Below, one piece after another: positions 38,030 through 51,759 of a stretch of 64,000 nucleotides of DNA. The stretch lies in NCBI RefSeq assembly GCF_018977255.1, contig NW_024704742.1, positions 104,782,001 through 104,846,000 of the forward strand, read 5' to 3'. Position 1 is the first letter of the stretch. Each line of letters starts with the position of its first letter. The notes beneath the pieces were generated by a model that saw only the letters and a program-made list of their open reading frames with translations, had not been told where the DNA came from and searched no databases. The DNA is from Callorhinchus milii. Lineage: Eukaryota. The translations under genes were made by a program, and so were the position numbers.

Positions 38030-38436
38030 ATAGTCTGGCTTGTTCTCTTGGTAACACTCTCACCTCCAAGTCAGAAGGTTGTGGATTCAAGTTCCACGTT
38101 GGGTCTTTGAGTTTACAATCCAGACTGACACTCCAATGCATTGTCAGGGGAACACTGTGTTGTCCTTCAGATGAGATATTAAATTGAATCTCTCTCTGCC
38201 TTTTCCGATGGATATTAAATAATCCATGGCACTTATTTGAAAAGAGAAGGGAGGCTCTTCCCAGGTCCTGGCTATCGCCCAGATAAAAATGTGATCAGTT
38301 CATAGCAATCTGTGGACATTGCTGCGTAAATTGGCTGCCATGTTTGTCCACAAAACGCACAATCACTACACTTTACACTTTGTGAGGCACTTCAGGACAT
38401 TCTCCCAAATATAAAAGATCATCATTATTATTATTA
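38030..38436 (+). mobile_element. Old Deu-domain SINE
   Basis: ggtaacactctcacctccaagtcagaaggttgtggattcaagt head; aaattggctgccatgttt body; tail. Confidence 0.8.
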
Positions 38437-38459
38437 TCACAGTTTTAAGGAACATAAAG

Positions 38460-40052
38460 CTCATCATGGGTGATTTCAACCTCCGTTTAAACTCCCCTTG
38501 CACCACCTCGTGCGCAGATGGCAGACATCCAGCCTCGTGATTCTCTGCCAGCTGTGGCTCGAGCACCTCTGCACCTATCGCCTCTCCCTTTCACAGGCCA
38601 AAACTGACCTTTACTCCAAAGTCATCCTGGAGGCAAACAACTACCCAAAGATGCTGTTTTCCACCGTCCATCACCTCCTCCTTCATCCACTCAAGCCCCT
38701 TCTATCCTCACGTCAAATGTCAAGTGTTAAGAGGTCCTAGATTTCTTCGCCTCAAAAATTGAAAACATCCGCTTGGCTACATCAGCCTCTTCCCCCATAT
38801 CCCCTTCCACCCCACTATTAGACCATCCACATCGCCTTCTCCCTCCAGCAGTCTGGATTTTGCCCTGCCCACAGCACAGAGACAGCGCTTGTCAAAGTCA
38901 CAAACGATATTCTCTTTATCTGTGACTAGGACTCCCTCTGCCTCCTCGTCCTCCTGGATCTCTCTGCTATATTCGACACAGTCGACCACGCCATCCTCCT
39001 CCATCGCCTCTCCTCCCTCATCCACTTTAGTGTCGCACACGCATGGTTCGAGTCCTACTTAACAAACTGTCTCCATTTCATCTCAGCAAATGATTTCTCC
39101 CCCCGCCCTCGCCCAGTCACCTGCGGGGTACCCCAAGCTCCATCCTTGGCCCTCTTCTTTTCCTCATCTATTTTTTCCCTCTGGGCGATGTCATCCGCAG
39201 TCATGGGGTAAACATCCACATGTATGCGGATGACACACAAATTTGCCTCCTCCAGTACCGACTCCAGGTCTACTGATACTCTATCAGCTTGTCTGGCAGA
39301 CATCAAAGCCTGGATGAGTGTAAACTTCCTGCAGCTCAATGTGGATAAAATGGAAGCCATACTCCTTGGCTCCCGTCAACGTCTTCACTCCTGCGCATCT
39401 CAACTCCTCAACCTCCCTGGGCTCTCCCTCAGAGTCACCGAACCAGTACGCAATCTAGGCATCTAGTTCGACCCCCAGGCGTTCAGTTCCTCCCCCACAT
39501 GCAGTCCCTGACCAGGACCACCTTCTTCCACCTCTGCCACATTGCCCGCCTCCGACTGGACATTACCCCAAATGCAATTGAAACTCTCGTGCATGCATTT
39601 GTCACCTCCCACCTGGATTACATCAAAGCTCTCCTCACCGGTCTCCCCAGCTCCACCATTCACAAGATCCAGCTCATTCAGAACTCTGTCACCCGCATAC
39701 TGACCTGGACCAAACTTTAAGATCCCCACACTCGTGTTCGAATCCATTCACTCTCTGGCACCTCCCTACCTCTCCAACCTCCTCACTCCCCAAACCACCA
39801 CCCGGGGCCTCCGCTCGACTGGCACTGGTTTCCAGCTCATCCCTCACATCCTCTGCCCCACCATCGGAGGTCGCACTTTCAGCCACTACTCCCCAAAACT
39901 CTGGAACACTCTCTCTGAATCCCTTCGCCTTGCCTCCTCTCTCCCCTCTTTCAAATCCCGTCTGAAAACTTTCCTCTTCGACCGTGCTTCCGGCCACCTC
40001 CCCACTCCCCCTGGCTCGGAGATATATATGTGTAAGTTGTTGTTGCTGTTGT
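38460..40052 (+). mobile_element. Decayed L2 LINE with several internal deletions
   Basis: IMGDFN endonuclease motif at about 38464; [17 protein letters not shown] (39222), HAFVTSHLDY, RTFSHYSPKLWN; tgttgttg tail. Confidence 0.9.
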
Positions 40053-40192
40053 AAAGCAGAAATTCACTAGAAATTGGAATATCATCACAAATGATGGTTG
40101 AAGTCAAGTCCACAACATTTAAAAGGCATTTTGATCAACAAAAAATCAAGGGTTGTGTGGAGTGAGTAGTGGAAGAAATTAAGTTTTTTAAG

Positions 40193-40335
40193 CATCACCT
40201 TGCTTAAACATATCAAAACCAGCCTGAGACTTTCTCATATGTTTGCCATCTACACACAGAAATGTCTCTGTGTCTGGAATGGAGCATACACTCTCCCTGG
40301 AGACATATCCGCCTCCCTAATTCTGGAGAGGATTG
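40193..40335 (-). repeat. Unclassified repeat copy 3 (terminal fragment)
   Basis: catcaccttgcttaaacatatcaaaaccagcctgag..ctctccctggag..cctaattc matches 24345-24480 and 36720-36820. Confidence 0.7.
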
Positions 40336-41243
40336 GGATTCTAATTAGATACTATTTCTGATTAAATTAAGCGCTCCGGGTCACTACATCGCTTAAAGGG
40401 CGCTAAACAAATCCAAATTGGTATTGTTGTAGATAAACATTACAATGTGGGAATACCAGCCAAGACTCAATAGCCCCTTTCTGTATTGTACATTTTCTAT
40501 GATTAATGCTGAACAATGCTAACATGTTTACTGAGCTGTTGACACATAGTAGACATTCCACTCCTGAAGCAATTAATCCACTATTCTACAACAATCAAAT
40601 ATCACCAGTTAATCTATCAATTCTATGGCTAGTGGCATTTTGCAAGGTGGTGTTTGTCTGCTCATCTGTTCTCACAAGATTGTTCAACAAGTGCATAAGA
40701 TCATGTTCCCTTTCTCTGTAGCAATTCTTCACGTGCACAGACTGCTGAATATACTGTATATAATGTCAATTTTCCAACCATGAGACGTTCGACCTTACTC
40801 AGTGCCATCTTCAGGCATTACATTCCAATTGCCTTACTGAAGGTTCAGTAGCTGACGATAAGAGCTAATCCACATGTGAGTCAGTGTACAGCTGAAACGT
40901 AATTTGAAGAATTGGCTCCGACTCCCTTCTCCTTCCCAATGAGAGCACAGAAACAGATGGAATAACAGAGGGATTGGATGCAGTGTTGGAACCGAATGCC
41001 CCATACATTTTAAGTAGGTCGTTCTTACCTTTTGATTAAATTCCTTTTTATATCCTTAATTCTATCCCCTTCACTTGTGACTGACCTTTTAGGTATTTTT
41101 ACTTCAGTATAGAATTTGGAAGCTTTTGTAGATTTCCTTGAGTAATCTAATTTACTCTCTGTAAACTGATAGTCCAGGTCACACACAGGGCATCTGTAGC
41201 TGCTGCAGTAAGTCATTTTTAATAAACTTGCTCCAACGTGTTA

Positions 41244-41389
41244 CACTGCTGTGCGGAAATGGATGCTGTGTTTCGCCCACAAAATATACAGTCAATTCAC
41301 TTTATAGTGTATTCTTTGAAGCGTTTTGAGACATCTCAAAGATGTGATAAGGTGCTATATCAAATGCAAGGATTATTATTATTATTATT
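41244..41389 (+). mobile_element. SINE 3' half
   Basis: cactgctgtgcggaaatgg..cagtcaattcacttt..atcaaatgcaaggattattatt. Confidence 0.88.
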
Positions 41390-43844
41390 CCCCTCCTCCT
41401 CTCCTGAAAATTCCTGACTCAAGATCAGGTTGCAGTTGAACAGCTGATCTTCGCTACCACCCCTTAACCAATTGGTTCACTCTTCACTGGTGTCAACTTA
41501 GCTCAATTGGCAGATTGCTTAGCTGTGCCTTAGAAGGTTGTTGGAAGTGCAGATGTTCGGATAAGATGTTAAACTGTCTACAGGCGGATATTCAAGTTTT
41601 TGTGACAAAGCAACAAAAGTTTTTCCTGATGTTTTGGCCAACAAACTCCTAGATTCACCTCATAAATGCTTATGGGAAATTGCTACCTCATTTGTCTACA
41701 AAGACAGTGTTTACACACCCAGTCATTGGGGGTTGGGGAGGGGTACATTTATCTAACCCTCCTCTGAATTCGCTAACTCTTATGCATTTCCTTCTCCATC
41801 TTAGCTGCCCATGTCTCTCCCCACTTCCTGGATGACAACAGTCATTGGCCCCCTTCGCAAACCTGGAATGGTGGTCAAACCAATTTCCCCAGACCCATCA
41901 TACACCTAAATAACAATAGCAGGTGGAAAACAATGATGGGCCGAGGGCAGTGAAATCGACTGGTCTTCAGATGCAGTTCTCAGCTACTGTTATCATTGTT
42001 AAAGTTACACCAACATAGTTGCGGGATGCGTGACATATTTCAATGGAATTGACAGTAACACAAGAGATTTGAAAAATATTTGTAAGAGAACAACATAAAA
42101 GGGTATTGGGAAACGGTGAGTATAACTAAATGAATAGCATTTTCAATGAGCAGGCATGGGTAACTGAATAGCTTCCTTCTGTGCTATAAAATTCTACTAT
42201 TGTAATAACATCACTGGTCCAGCACATGTGCAAAGAGACAAATTAAGCAAGGTATGCTGCATTAGACAGTTAAAACTTGTGGTTTTACAAAGAGACAGCG
42301 TGAAGCCAGTGACTCCACTTGGACTCCGCTCTTCAAACCACCTCAGAGCCAGGCTAAAGCAGGCACAGGACATGGTCAGTGCAGGACAGAGAGGACAAAT
42401 TCATGACGGAAAATCATAGAAAAGCCCTGATGGCTGCCTTGCAATACTGTGAGAATGCTTAAAAAGTATAAATATATCTGAAGGAATATATTTAATGTAG
42501 ATTGAAAAGATACTACCTTGCTTCCAGTGAAGAGTGATGACAGTAAGGTTTAGTGGAAATAGGTGGTCCATTGCTTTTGCATTTTCCTCTGTATAATTGT
42601 AGGTTAAAATTATTCCAACCTAAAACAGGAGCAAAACAGTAGGGCAAGGATTCTAATTTCCGGTGCTTCTGAATGGGATCCTTTAACAAAACCTCTGAAT
42701 ACCAAGAAGGGTAAGACTTCTTCCAGTAACCAGAAGTATATAATGACAGAAATCTACTCTAGAAATGGATTCCATTGAACTGGGATTCCCACAAGTCTGC
42801 ATGATATAACTTTAATATATAATAATATAAATATAATATATAATAGTGATATAATTCTGGTTATCCAAATGAATCCCTATTTGTAGCTCTGTGTCATTAT
42901 TAAGGAAGCCCATTAACAAATAATGCAATTTAAATCCCCAAATCCATTTTATGCAGTGATATTCGTGTTGTGTATTCTATGAATGGGGAAATAAATCTTT
43001 CTGGTTTCATTGCAAACTAAATGCAGAGTTAAACTGAGCTGTTTTGAATGCAAATATATAATGCATCCACTTGTGCACACAACGTGGAATCTTATTACGG
43101 ATTAAAAATTTATAATAGCTCAGTGTGTATATTCCCAAAATGTTCTCATCAAATCCTCCTTCCTGGCACTAAGATGCCCTTTCTTATTGTGGTACAGATT
43201 ATACTGCAACCTGTTGTATGTCACTAATTGTCTCTGGCACCTTCTCTAATATAGAAAGAACATTCATTAAACCCCATAAGCTATCACACATTGAGCATTA
43301 TATAGAAAGACTTGCTTCTTTCCCCGCCAGCATTGAAACACAAGCTATGTCTTTTAGCACTGAAGTCAGTCCAAGATTATTATCTTGAGCCCCCTGGAAA
43401 GATAATGCAGATCTAATTAAGTGGATGAGACATGGGGTGACTCGGAAAAAAATCAAAACGTTTTACAAGCGAATAAGAGTAGAATCATTTTGAGTGCAAG
43501 CTTTATCCTCAAGGCACTTTTCTTAACTATACCACTGACATTTTTTAAATCATTTGAGGACAGCGACACAATGTTTTGATGGCAATACAAAGAATGTGAT
43601 CCAAGGCTACATTTTAACAAGCCAGAGTAAAGCTTCTTCGATGAACAAAGGTTTGACCATGGGTAGATGACTTACACTACTTTTGACAAAAGAAACCACC
43701 TTGTCTATCCCTTGCTACAAATAGCTCAATAAATCTTACTCAGGCTCAGTTAGTTACATTTACAGATGGCATCAACCTGGAGAGCAACCGTAGAATCAGA
43801 GGAAGCAGCCAAGATCTTACCAAGAGAGGTGAGTAGGATATACA

Positions 43845-44125
43845 CCTGGACTGATCAGCTGTAGATAAAAGATAATGCATATCAGAAGTAAAAATAAGAG
43901 GTACATTTACTGCATGAACAGAGCAGAATTTGCCAAATGGGAAGTTGAAAGAGACCTAGAGATGTTAATTGGCTCGTTGTTCACCAAATTCAAACACTGT
44001 GAGGCAGCAACAAGCAGGGACTGGCTTCAGATCACCAGAAGGTCATGCTTGAGTTACACAGTGCTTTGGTAAGGCTGCACTTGGATTACTGAGTACAATC
44101 TGGTTACATGATATGAGGGAATTGT
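43845..44125 (+). mobile_element. CR1 ORF2 remnant
   Basis: ERDL..L motif and gctttggtaaggctgcacttggattactgagtacaatctgg (decayed ALVRPHLEYCVQFW). Confidence 0.7.
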
Positions 44126-44128
44126 CCA

Positions 44129-45148
44129 TAACAACAACAACAAAATTACATTTGTAAAGCGCCTTTCATGTCGGGAGGATGTCCCAAGGAGCTGGACAGA
44201 CAGAGTTTCAGACCTGAGCTGAGGGCAGGGGGGGAAGCAGGGAGATCGAAAGCACGGTTGAAGAGGAGGGTCTTGAGGTGGATCTTGAAGGTGACAAGGG
44301 AGGGGGCAAGACGGAGGGACTGTGGGATGGTGCTCCAGAGGGTGGGTGCAGAGTGGCGGAAGGCTTGCCCGCCGATAGTGGGGCGAGCGAGGTGGGGGAT
44401 GTAAAGCAGGCAGAACCCGCCGAGCGGAGGGAGAGAACAGGATGGTAGGGGGTTAGGAGGTTGGAGAGGTAGGGGGGAGCAAGACCATGGAGGGCTTTGA
44501 AGGTGAGGACCCGGATCTTGAACTGTATCCTCTGTGTGATGGGAAGCCAGTGGAATTGGGCGAGGATGGGGGTGATAGGGTCGTGGAGCCTAGTGCGGGA
44601 GAGGACACGGGCTGCAGAGTTCTGGATGATCTACAGCCTGTGGAGGAGTTGGGGAGGCCGACAAGCAGTGAGTTTGCATATTCAAGCCTCGATGTAATGA
44701 AAGCATGTAGGAAGGTTTCGGTGGCCTGCGGGCTGAGACAGTGGCAGAGCCAGGTGACATTGCGGAGGTGGGGGGAGGCAGAGTGGGTCATGGCATGAAT
44801 GTGGGGTAGAAAGGATAGTTGTGGGTCAAACAAGACCCCAAGGTTCCGGACTAGCTTAGTAAGGTGGAGTGTGCACCATGGATGGTGATACTGTCGGCGC
44901 CTGAGGTGAGAAGGCGTTGACGGGAGCCAATCAGGAGAGCCTCGGTCTTGTTGACGTTCGACTGAAGAAAGTTAGCTCTCATCCAGGACTTGATGTCTGA
45001 CAGACATTCTGTCAAGACAGCAGTGGTCCTGGAGTCAAGGCTGGAGGCAGAGAGATAGAGTTGGGTGTCATTTGCATACATGTGGAAGTTGACCCCATGT
45101 CTGCAGATGATGTCACCAAGAGGGAGCAAATAGATATTGAAGAGGAGG
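44129..45148 (-). mobile_element. Decayed L2 LINE 3' part
   Basis: (CAA)n tail at 44129; YANDTQLY; HAFITSRLEY. Confidence 0.95.
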
Positions 45149-45715
45149 TTGCTGCTCTCTTCTGCATTCCTAGGAGGAGTGCAGAAGAGAGAAGCAATGC
45201 TGAACCCCAGTGATAGATGGATGTTCTGTAAGGGACAGTGAGATGACTTAGACCTCTGTAGCTTTCTAATCAGATGTCTCAGAGGGTTTTCACATTGGCA
45301 CATACGATGTTCAATGTGATTGAACGTGGAATCATACTCCACTGGAACATTAGGGTATGTTAGTCAGGAGCTATCAATGTTTTGAACTTATGAGAACAAA
45401 TTAAATTTTCATGGTATTGGGGCTGTGGTATTACCATATAACCCCACAGATGAAAGACTTTTCAAGATCTTTGACTGCTTACCTCCAACTGGTGGGTAGA
45501 TCAAAGGACAGAGATCAATCAAAGGCTTATGAACCATTTTGGGGCCTTGGATCTCAGTCAAGGAATAAGTCTGTGTTCGTCACCTGCTGAATGGTACACT
45601 TGTGCCAATTAATGCTTTTATTATTTATATCAATCATCAAACATTCACCTTCATAAATAAAAACATGATGCACTTTTTCTCCCATGCAGTGACCAATGAT
45701 AAACTTGAAAATAGA

Positions 45716-46542
45716 ACAACAACCACAACAACGTGGATTTACATAGCGCCCTCCAAGCCAGACTGCGTCTCAGAGCGCTTCACAGTAACGGATCCTGGGG
45801 CCGAGCCAGGGGGAGGGGAGGAAGGTAACCAAAGGCACGGTTGAAAAGAAAGGTCTTCAGCAGAGACCTGAAAATAGGAAGAGATGGGGCCAGGCAAAGG
45901 GAGTGAGGAAGGCAGTTCCAGAGCCTCGGGGCATAGTGGCCGAAGGCACTGCTGCCGAGGGTGGAGCGGAGGACTCGGGGGATGAGGAGGAGGCCAGTCC
46001 TGGAGGAATGAAGGCAACAGGCACTGTTTTGAGAAGAGAGGAGGTCAGAGAGGTAGGGGGGTGCAGAGGAGTGCAGGGACTTGAATACACGGGTAAGGAT
46101 CTTGAAATCGATCCTCTCTGGGACAGGCAACCAGTGCAGTCTGGCAAGGACTGGGGTAATCGGGGAGCGGAGTTTGATGCAGGTGAGAATGCGGGCGGCA
46201 GTTTTGAATAATCTGGATTTTGTGGATGGTAGTGGATGGGAGACCGGCGAGGAGGACGTTAGAATAGTCCAGCTGAGAGGTGACAAAGGCATGGACTAGG
46301 ATTTCAGCGTCTTTTGGAGTTAGGTATTGGCAGAGACGGGCGATGCATCGGAGGTTGAAGAAGGCGGTGCTGGTGAGGGACCGGATGTGGGGGAGGAAGG
46401 ATAATTGGGGGTCGAAACTGATGCCTGGGTTACGTACAGGTTCGGAGTGTTTTAAGGGGAGGTTAGGTAGGTGGAGGAGGTGAGAACTGTGAGATTTTAG
46501 ACGTTGACGAGAGTCAAAGAATATGGCTTCCATCTTGCCAAC
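45716..46542 (-). mobile_element. L2 LINE 3' part, second subfamily
   Basis: Homologous to 17581-18400, including the distinct tail; LHWLPVPERIDFKIL. Confidence 0.95.
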
Positions 46543-47060
46543 GAAACATGATTCTATTTTATATTAAGTCATTTGTCCATTTTGAACCTTATTTACACAG
46601 TGGTGTTAAATCCTATGGGTCATGTAGCAGGAACTAACCTGCAGACTAAGTGATTTGTTACTTGGCACTAATTGGACAGTTAGGCTACCAACCACATAAG
46701 TAGAGTCCCCTGAAACTTATTTGTGGATAATCAGGATTTTACTCAGTCAATCATGGAATAAACTGCTCTCCACTCTGGTACCAAATATTTTTTTTTGGAA
46801 TTCATTATCAATTTGATCATTAAAATGTATTACTGCATTTTGCAGTTTCATTCTCAGCTGTGAATTGAGCAGAACATTGTAAACGCTAATGATGTCTTTT
46901 CATGCTTCTTTCTGGTTCAATCTATAGTTAGTACATTATTCCTTTGTTTTGTGCGCTACTACTAACAGAATTTACTTTGTAAGACGGAAGAATTGTGCAA
47001 TTATAATAAATTTTTTGAGGGCAAATTTCTTTTAGTAAAATAGCAATAGTGACTTAGAAT

Positions 47061-47390
47061 GGAGTCTCATAGTGTTGTGGTTAGCGTGCTCTTCTTGCAA
47101 GCGAGAGGACCCCTGTTTGTTTCCAGGGCAGGGCAAAACCTTAGGCAAGTTTCCTTACTCCACACACCTCTATTAACCTAGCTGTAAGTCTGAATCCGGT
47201 TATTAGTCGATTTAAAAAAAAAAAGGAAAAAATTGGTCACTCAATCCATGACTATTTGTGGGACACTGCTGTGCACAATTGGCAGCCACGTTTTGCCCAC
47301 AAAATACATTGTCAATCCACTTCACAATATATTCTGTGAAGTGCTTTGAAATGTCATAAGGTGCTATATCAAATGCAAGGATTATTATTA
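47061..47390 (+). mobile_element. tRNA-derived SINE (long form), decayed; followed by an L2 tail fragment at about 47398-47645
   Basis: ggagtctcatagtgttgtggttagc head; ccttaggcaagtttccttactcc; tail. Confidence 0.85.
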
Positions 47391-48943
47391 GAACGTTTAT
47401 GCTGGAACTCCATCCCAGAGTCCCTCTGACTTGCTGCCTCCCTCCCTTCCCACTTTTACATCCCATCTTAACACTTATCTCTTTGACCACACTTACGGTC
47501 ATCTTCCTCCAACCCCCACCCCTACCACACATACTCCCCAACCCTCTCTTCAGCTCCCTCTCCTCCAGCCTGCATGCCCAGACACATTTATAAAGTGCTT
47601 TGAGACATCCTTCCTGTGTGAAATGTGTGATATAAATTTAAAATGTATACACTGTATTAGTGTATAAGTTGCACTTTTGCAGCTAGTCCTAACAACGGCA
47701 ATTAGAAGATAGCAATTGGAAAAGATACTAATTGATGCCAAAACATCTTCAGTTTACCTATCAATGCTCAATTCCAGGATCAGAGCGAGACTTTTTTTGC
47801 GCTCTTCAAATCTGCTACTGTCGTGACTTTCACTGTTGCTGAGAAGCATCGAGAATGACTAAGGTTAGAGACCGTGTCATTGCTCAGTGATACCTGTCAT
47901 GATATCCACAGGTTGATGCACTGGCGATATCATGAGCTCTATCTTGTCACGTTGGTGTCTTGAGCACAGATCCACGTCTCTCCAGTGCCCTGTGCATTCC
48001 TAGCCTTTGGATACTATCTACATGTGTCAGTGAACTACCTGCCACAAAACACGGTGTATGTGTGAGATGCTTGAAGTCATTCCCCATAGTTAAATGCAAT
48101 CTTTAGCCATGATATGCTAAACCTCAAGCAGAGAAGCACTAGGTAGTGAAATATCACCAATTGGATGGATTTATCACCATTTCTATCTTTAAAACAGTGA
48201 TGACTGACGGGAAGAAAATTGTCTTCTCTGTAATTCACAACTCGTAAGTAACACTTTGATTGTTCAGTCACAGCAGAGATCTTGGGTTTATATTGTGAAT
48301 CTACCAGTAAAGGCCACTTGCTGTCTTGAACTGACCTGTAATAACCAAGGCAATGCACTTTGAAATAGCTCTTTCTGATGTTGGATGGAAAATCCTGCAG
48401 ACAACAGGAGCTGCCACTGTTCTCAGTAGATACTGGTCAGAGTCCATGGCTTTTTGATTTGCAGATGTGTCATTATTGTGCTTTCTTTAATCAATTGTCT
48501 CGCCCCAAATTCCAATAAAAATAATAATCCTTCAAACCTCTTGAAACGCTTCACATTAATTACTGTAAAGTGCAGTGACCATGTATCATGTAGATAAACG
48601 TAGCAGCCAATTTGCCCATAGCAAATAGCAGGACTGAATGGGTTAACATCTTATTTGAAAAATGATACCTCCAACAATGTAGTGCTCCCCCAATGTAGTG
48701 CACATACATAATAATAATCACCATACATAATAATAATCCCTGCATTTATATTAGCACCTTCATGTCAGCAGGATGCCTCAAAGCTCTTTACAGTGGAGTG
48801 ACTGTATTTTATAGACAGAAGCCCACATCATAAACATAGGAAAAGAACACAAATATATGAAAAAATTGAATTAGCAAATTTAAGACTCATAGTGAAATTG
48901 GAGACACAATATAAACCCATCATGAATTATTGTGTCTGAAACT

Positions 48944-49107
48944 ATAATAATAATAATCCTTGCGTTTGATACAGCACCTTATCATGTCTTCGAGACACCC
49001 CAAAGCGCTTCACAGAATATACTGTAAAGTGAAATGACTGTATATTTTGTGGGCAAAACGCAGCAGCCAATTGCGCACAGCAGTGTCCCACAAACAGTCG
49101 TGGATTG
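48944..49107 (-). mobile_element. SINE 3' half
   Basis: Reverse complement of the Deu-like body and tail. Confidence 0.88.
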
Positions 49108-49476
49108 ACTGACAGTTGTGGATTGAGTAACATATTGCATAAGTTATAACTTGTGAAGTACAAGGAAAGTCGTATGAAATGGGTGTAGTATGTGCTTCAG
49201 TAAGTCACAGCTTACACTATTTATGATAATATGAGGCAGGATAATATATATATATATATATATATATGATAGTAAAAATATATACTAGTCCAGTGACTTA
49301 CAAACCAAAATTTCATCTTGTGTCAGACTAAATCTGTTTTTAAATAAATTGCTTTGATTGATGAATCTCTTAAGAACAACAATGGAACAACAAGTTAAGC
49401 TCACAGCAGACACATGCTGTGAAAATCAATTACTTAGCATTACATTTTATCTCAGGAACCGGTACTTCACCACTAA

Positions 49477-50000
49477 ACAACAACAAATTGTATTTATATA
49501 GCGTCTTTCACATGGGGAGGAAGTCTGAAGGTGCTAGACAGTGAATGGTTTGCACCCGAGCTAGAAGTTGGAGGCAATAGGGGTGGAGTGTAACAGGGAT
49601 GAAGGTGGGAAAATGACCAAAAGCATAGTCAAAGAGGAAGGTCTTGAGACAAGTTTAGAAGGAGGCAAGGGACCAGTGAGGCGCAGGAGCTCTGGGATGA
49701 AAGCCAACCACCAATGGTGGAGTGGGTAGGATGGGGGATATGGAGCGGTCAAGTGCCTGTTGAGGAGAGGGAGCAGAGAGGTTGGTAACGTTTTAGTAGG
49801 TTGCAGAGGTATGGGGAGCAAGACTGTGGAGGGGTTTAAAAGTAAGGACAAGGATCTTGAACTTGATCCTCTAGGGGATGGGGAGTCAATGAAGCCGGGC
49901 AAAGATGGGCGAAATAAGGCTGATGGAGCTTAGTACAGGAAAGGACATGAGCTGCAAAATACTGAACAATCTACAGCTTGCGGAAGGAAGAGTTGGGATC
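49477..50000 (-). mobile_element. Old L2 3' fragment
   Basis: caacaacaa tail; decayed LH.LPIP.RIKFKIL and FETCLKTFLFD. Confidence 0.85.
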
Positions 50001-50409
50001 AAAACTAACTCACACACTCTCGTCTCATCCAGAGATTTTCAGCAAAACATCCATCACCGTTTGGATGGTTAGGCTTGTGGAACATTGGTTGATGACAACA
50101 AAGTTCCCAGAGGAAGTCTGAAAGGATATTTGTCACAAGGTAATTTAGGACAATTGTGTCTTTGGCAGCCATGAGGAGAGACAGTACTAATGGAGCTGCC
50201 CAAGGAGGGTATTGCCTATTTCCATCTCATTTTGTTGGAGCACATTAGACAGTGTGAGAGACATAACTCAGATATGTGTTGCAACTCGGGAATTTATTGC
50301 TTTCTGGAAAGTTACCCACAAACTACAGTACAGTTTTTGGTTGAAGGTAACTTATTGGTTGTAAGTGGATAAGTTGTTGATTGTAAGAGTCGGATCCAAA
50401 CGTCCAACT

Positions 50410-51013
50410 AGTGACTATCCTCCTGGGAGGGTGAGGGGAGATAAGGGGGTCTCCTTGGAGCTGAACTGAATCCAGGGTGACTTGTCTGAAAACAGAGTGT
50501 CGGAATCGAGCCAGCCCTTTTTGGCGGGCTCAGTAGTCTGGTTCCTGATCCAGGCGGCTCCACAGTATTCCAGGGCACTGTTGATGACAGCACAGCCAGG
50601 CTGGCTCATTGGTAGGCCCTGGGAGGGCAGACCAGTCACTGGGGCAGGGAGTCATCCCATTCAGCTTCTGTTAACCCTGCAAGCCAATGCCCTAAAGGGT
50701 TGGGTGGTCCTAGCTGGACAAGCAGTGGGAAACTTGCCAGACAGCAATATCAATGGCAAACTACGCAGTTTTAGCTGACTCCAGCAGTACCCCAACGCAC
50801 ACTCTGGGGTCCCCAAGCCTTGGCTTTTAACAAGCTGTGCCTAATACTCTCCGAAATTAGATAAACAGGATGTGCCCCTCCAGGGAAACAGTGCGCATTC
50901 CATTCCAACAACATATCTCCGGGATTTCCATGTGTAGGTGAAATGTATGGAAATCTCAGCTTGGTTTGGATACTCTTAAGCATGGTGATGGGTTTCCGCA
51001 TGTATCAGACACC
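50410..51013 (+). repeat. Unclassified interspersed repeat, copy 4 (longest, about 600 bp)
   Basis: GC-richer block homologous to 24335-24870, 36715-37190 and 40193-40335. Confidence 0.85.
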
Positions 51014-51759
51014 CAGCTGACCAGAAAAATTAATTAAAAGAGGGTTCGTCCCCATTAAATAAATATGGAAAGAAAGTACTTGCTTTTTATAATGCCTTAT
51101 GTCAAAATTACTCGACGCTTTAAAGTATTTATTGTCAGTTTTTTCCAGTCTACTCCCCCTCCCCCCCAATCTCCCGCCCTCCTTTGGCTTCCACTCCATC
51201 TTTGTTGAGCATTTTGTGACATTCTTCTATGTGAAGGGTACCAAGTAAGTGCATGTTTCACATGTGCCTCATAATCATTAATCCTTTACCCCACATCAAC
51301 TGTATGTTGTGTCCTAGTGGACGAGTGCAATCTGACATCTGTCTCTGAGGAAAAGAAGAAAAGTGAATGAGGCCAGAATAAACCTTCCACCAATGCTCTG
51401 CTGGCCAGAATCCCCTCCCTACACAAGCTAGATACTATCCAGAACTCTGCAGCCCATGACCTCTCCTATAGTATGTTATAGTAATTACTGAGAAACATTT
51501 TGAGATGTTTCAGTTATAAGCACTTTAAAAATGCAAGTTATTTTTGTCACTATTGCTTTTTAATTCCAGTTAGTAAATACAGGCTCACCAAAAAGTTGTG
51601 ATATCTACTCTATTATCTAAAAAACATAATTTCTCTAAGACTTATTAGATATTGTAATGGTATCACGACTTTTCGGTCACCGTGTATTAAAGGGTTTGAT
51701 CTCCATACAGACTTTTACTCAAGCATCTGAAAATGCTGCCTCTGGCAGCTCTATACACT

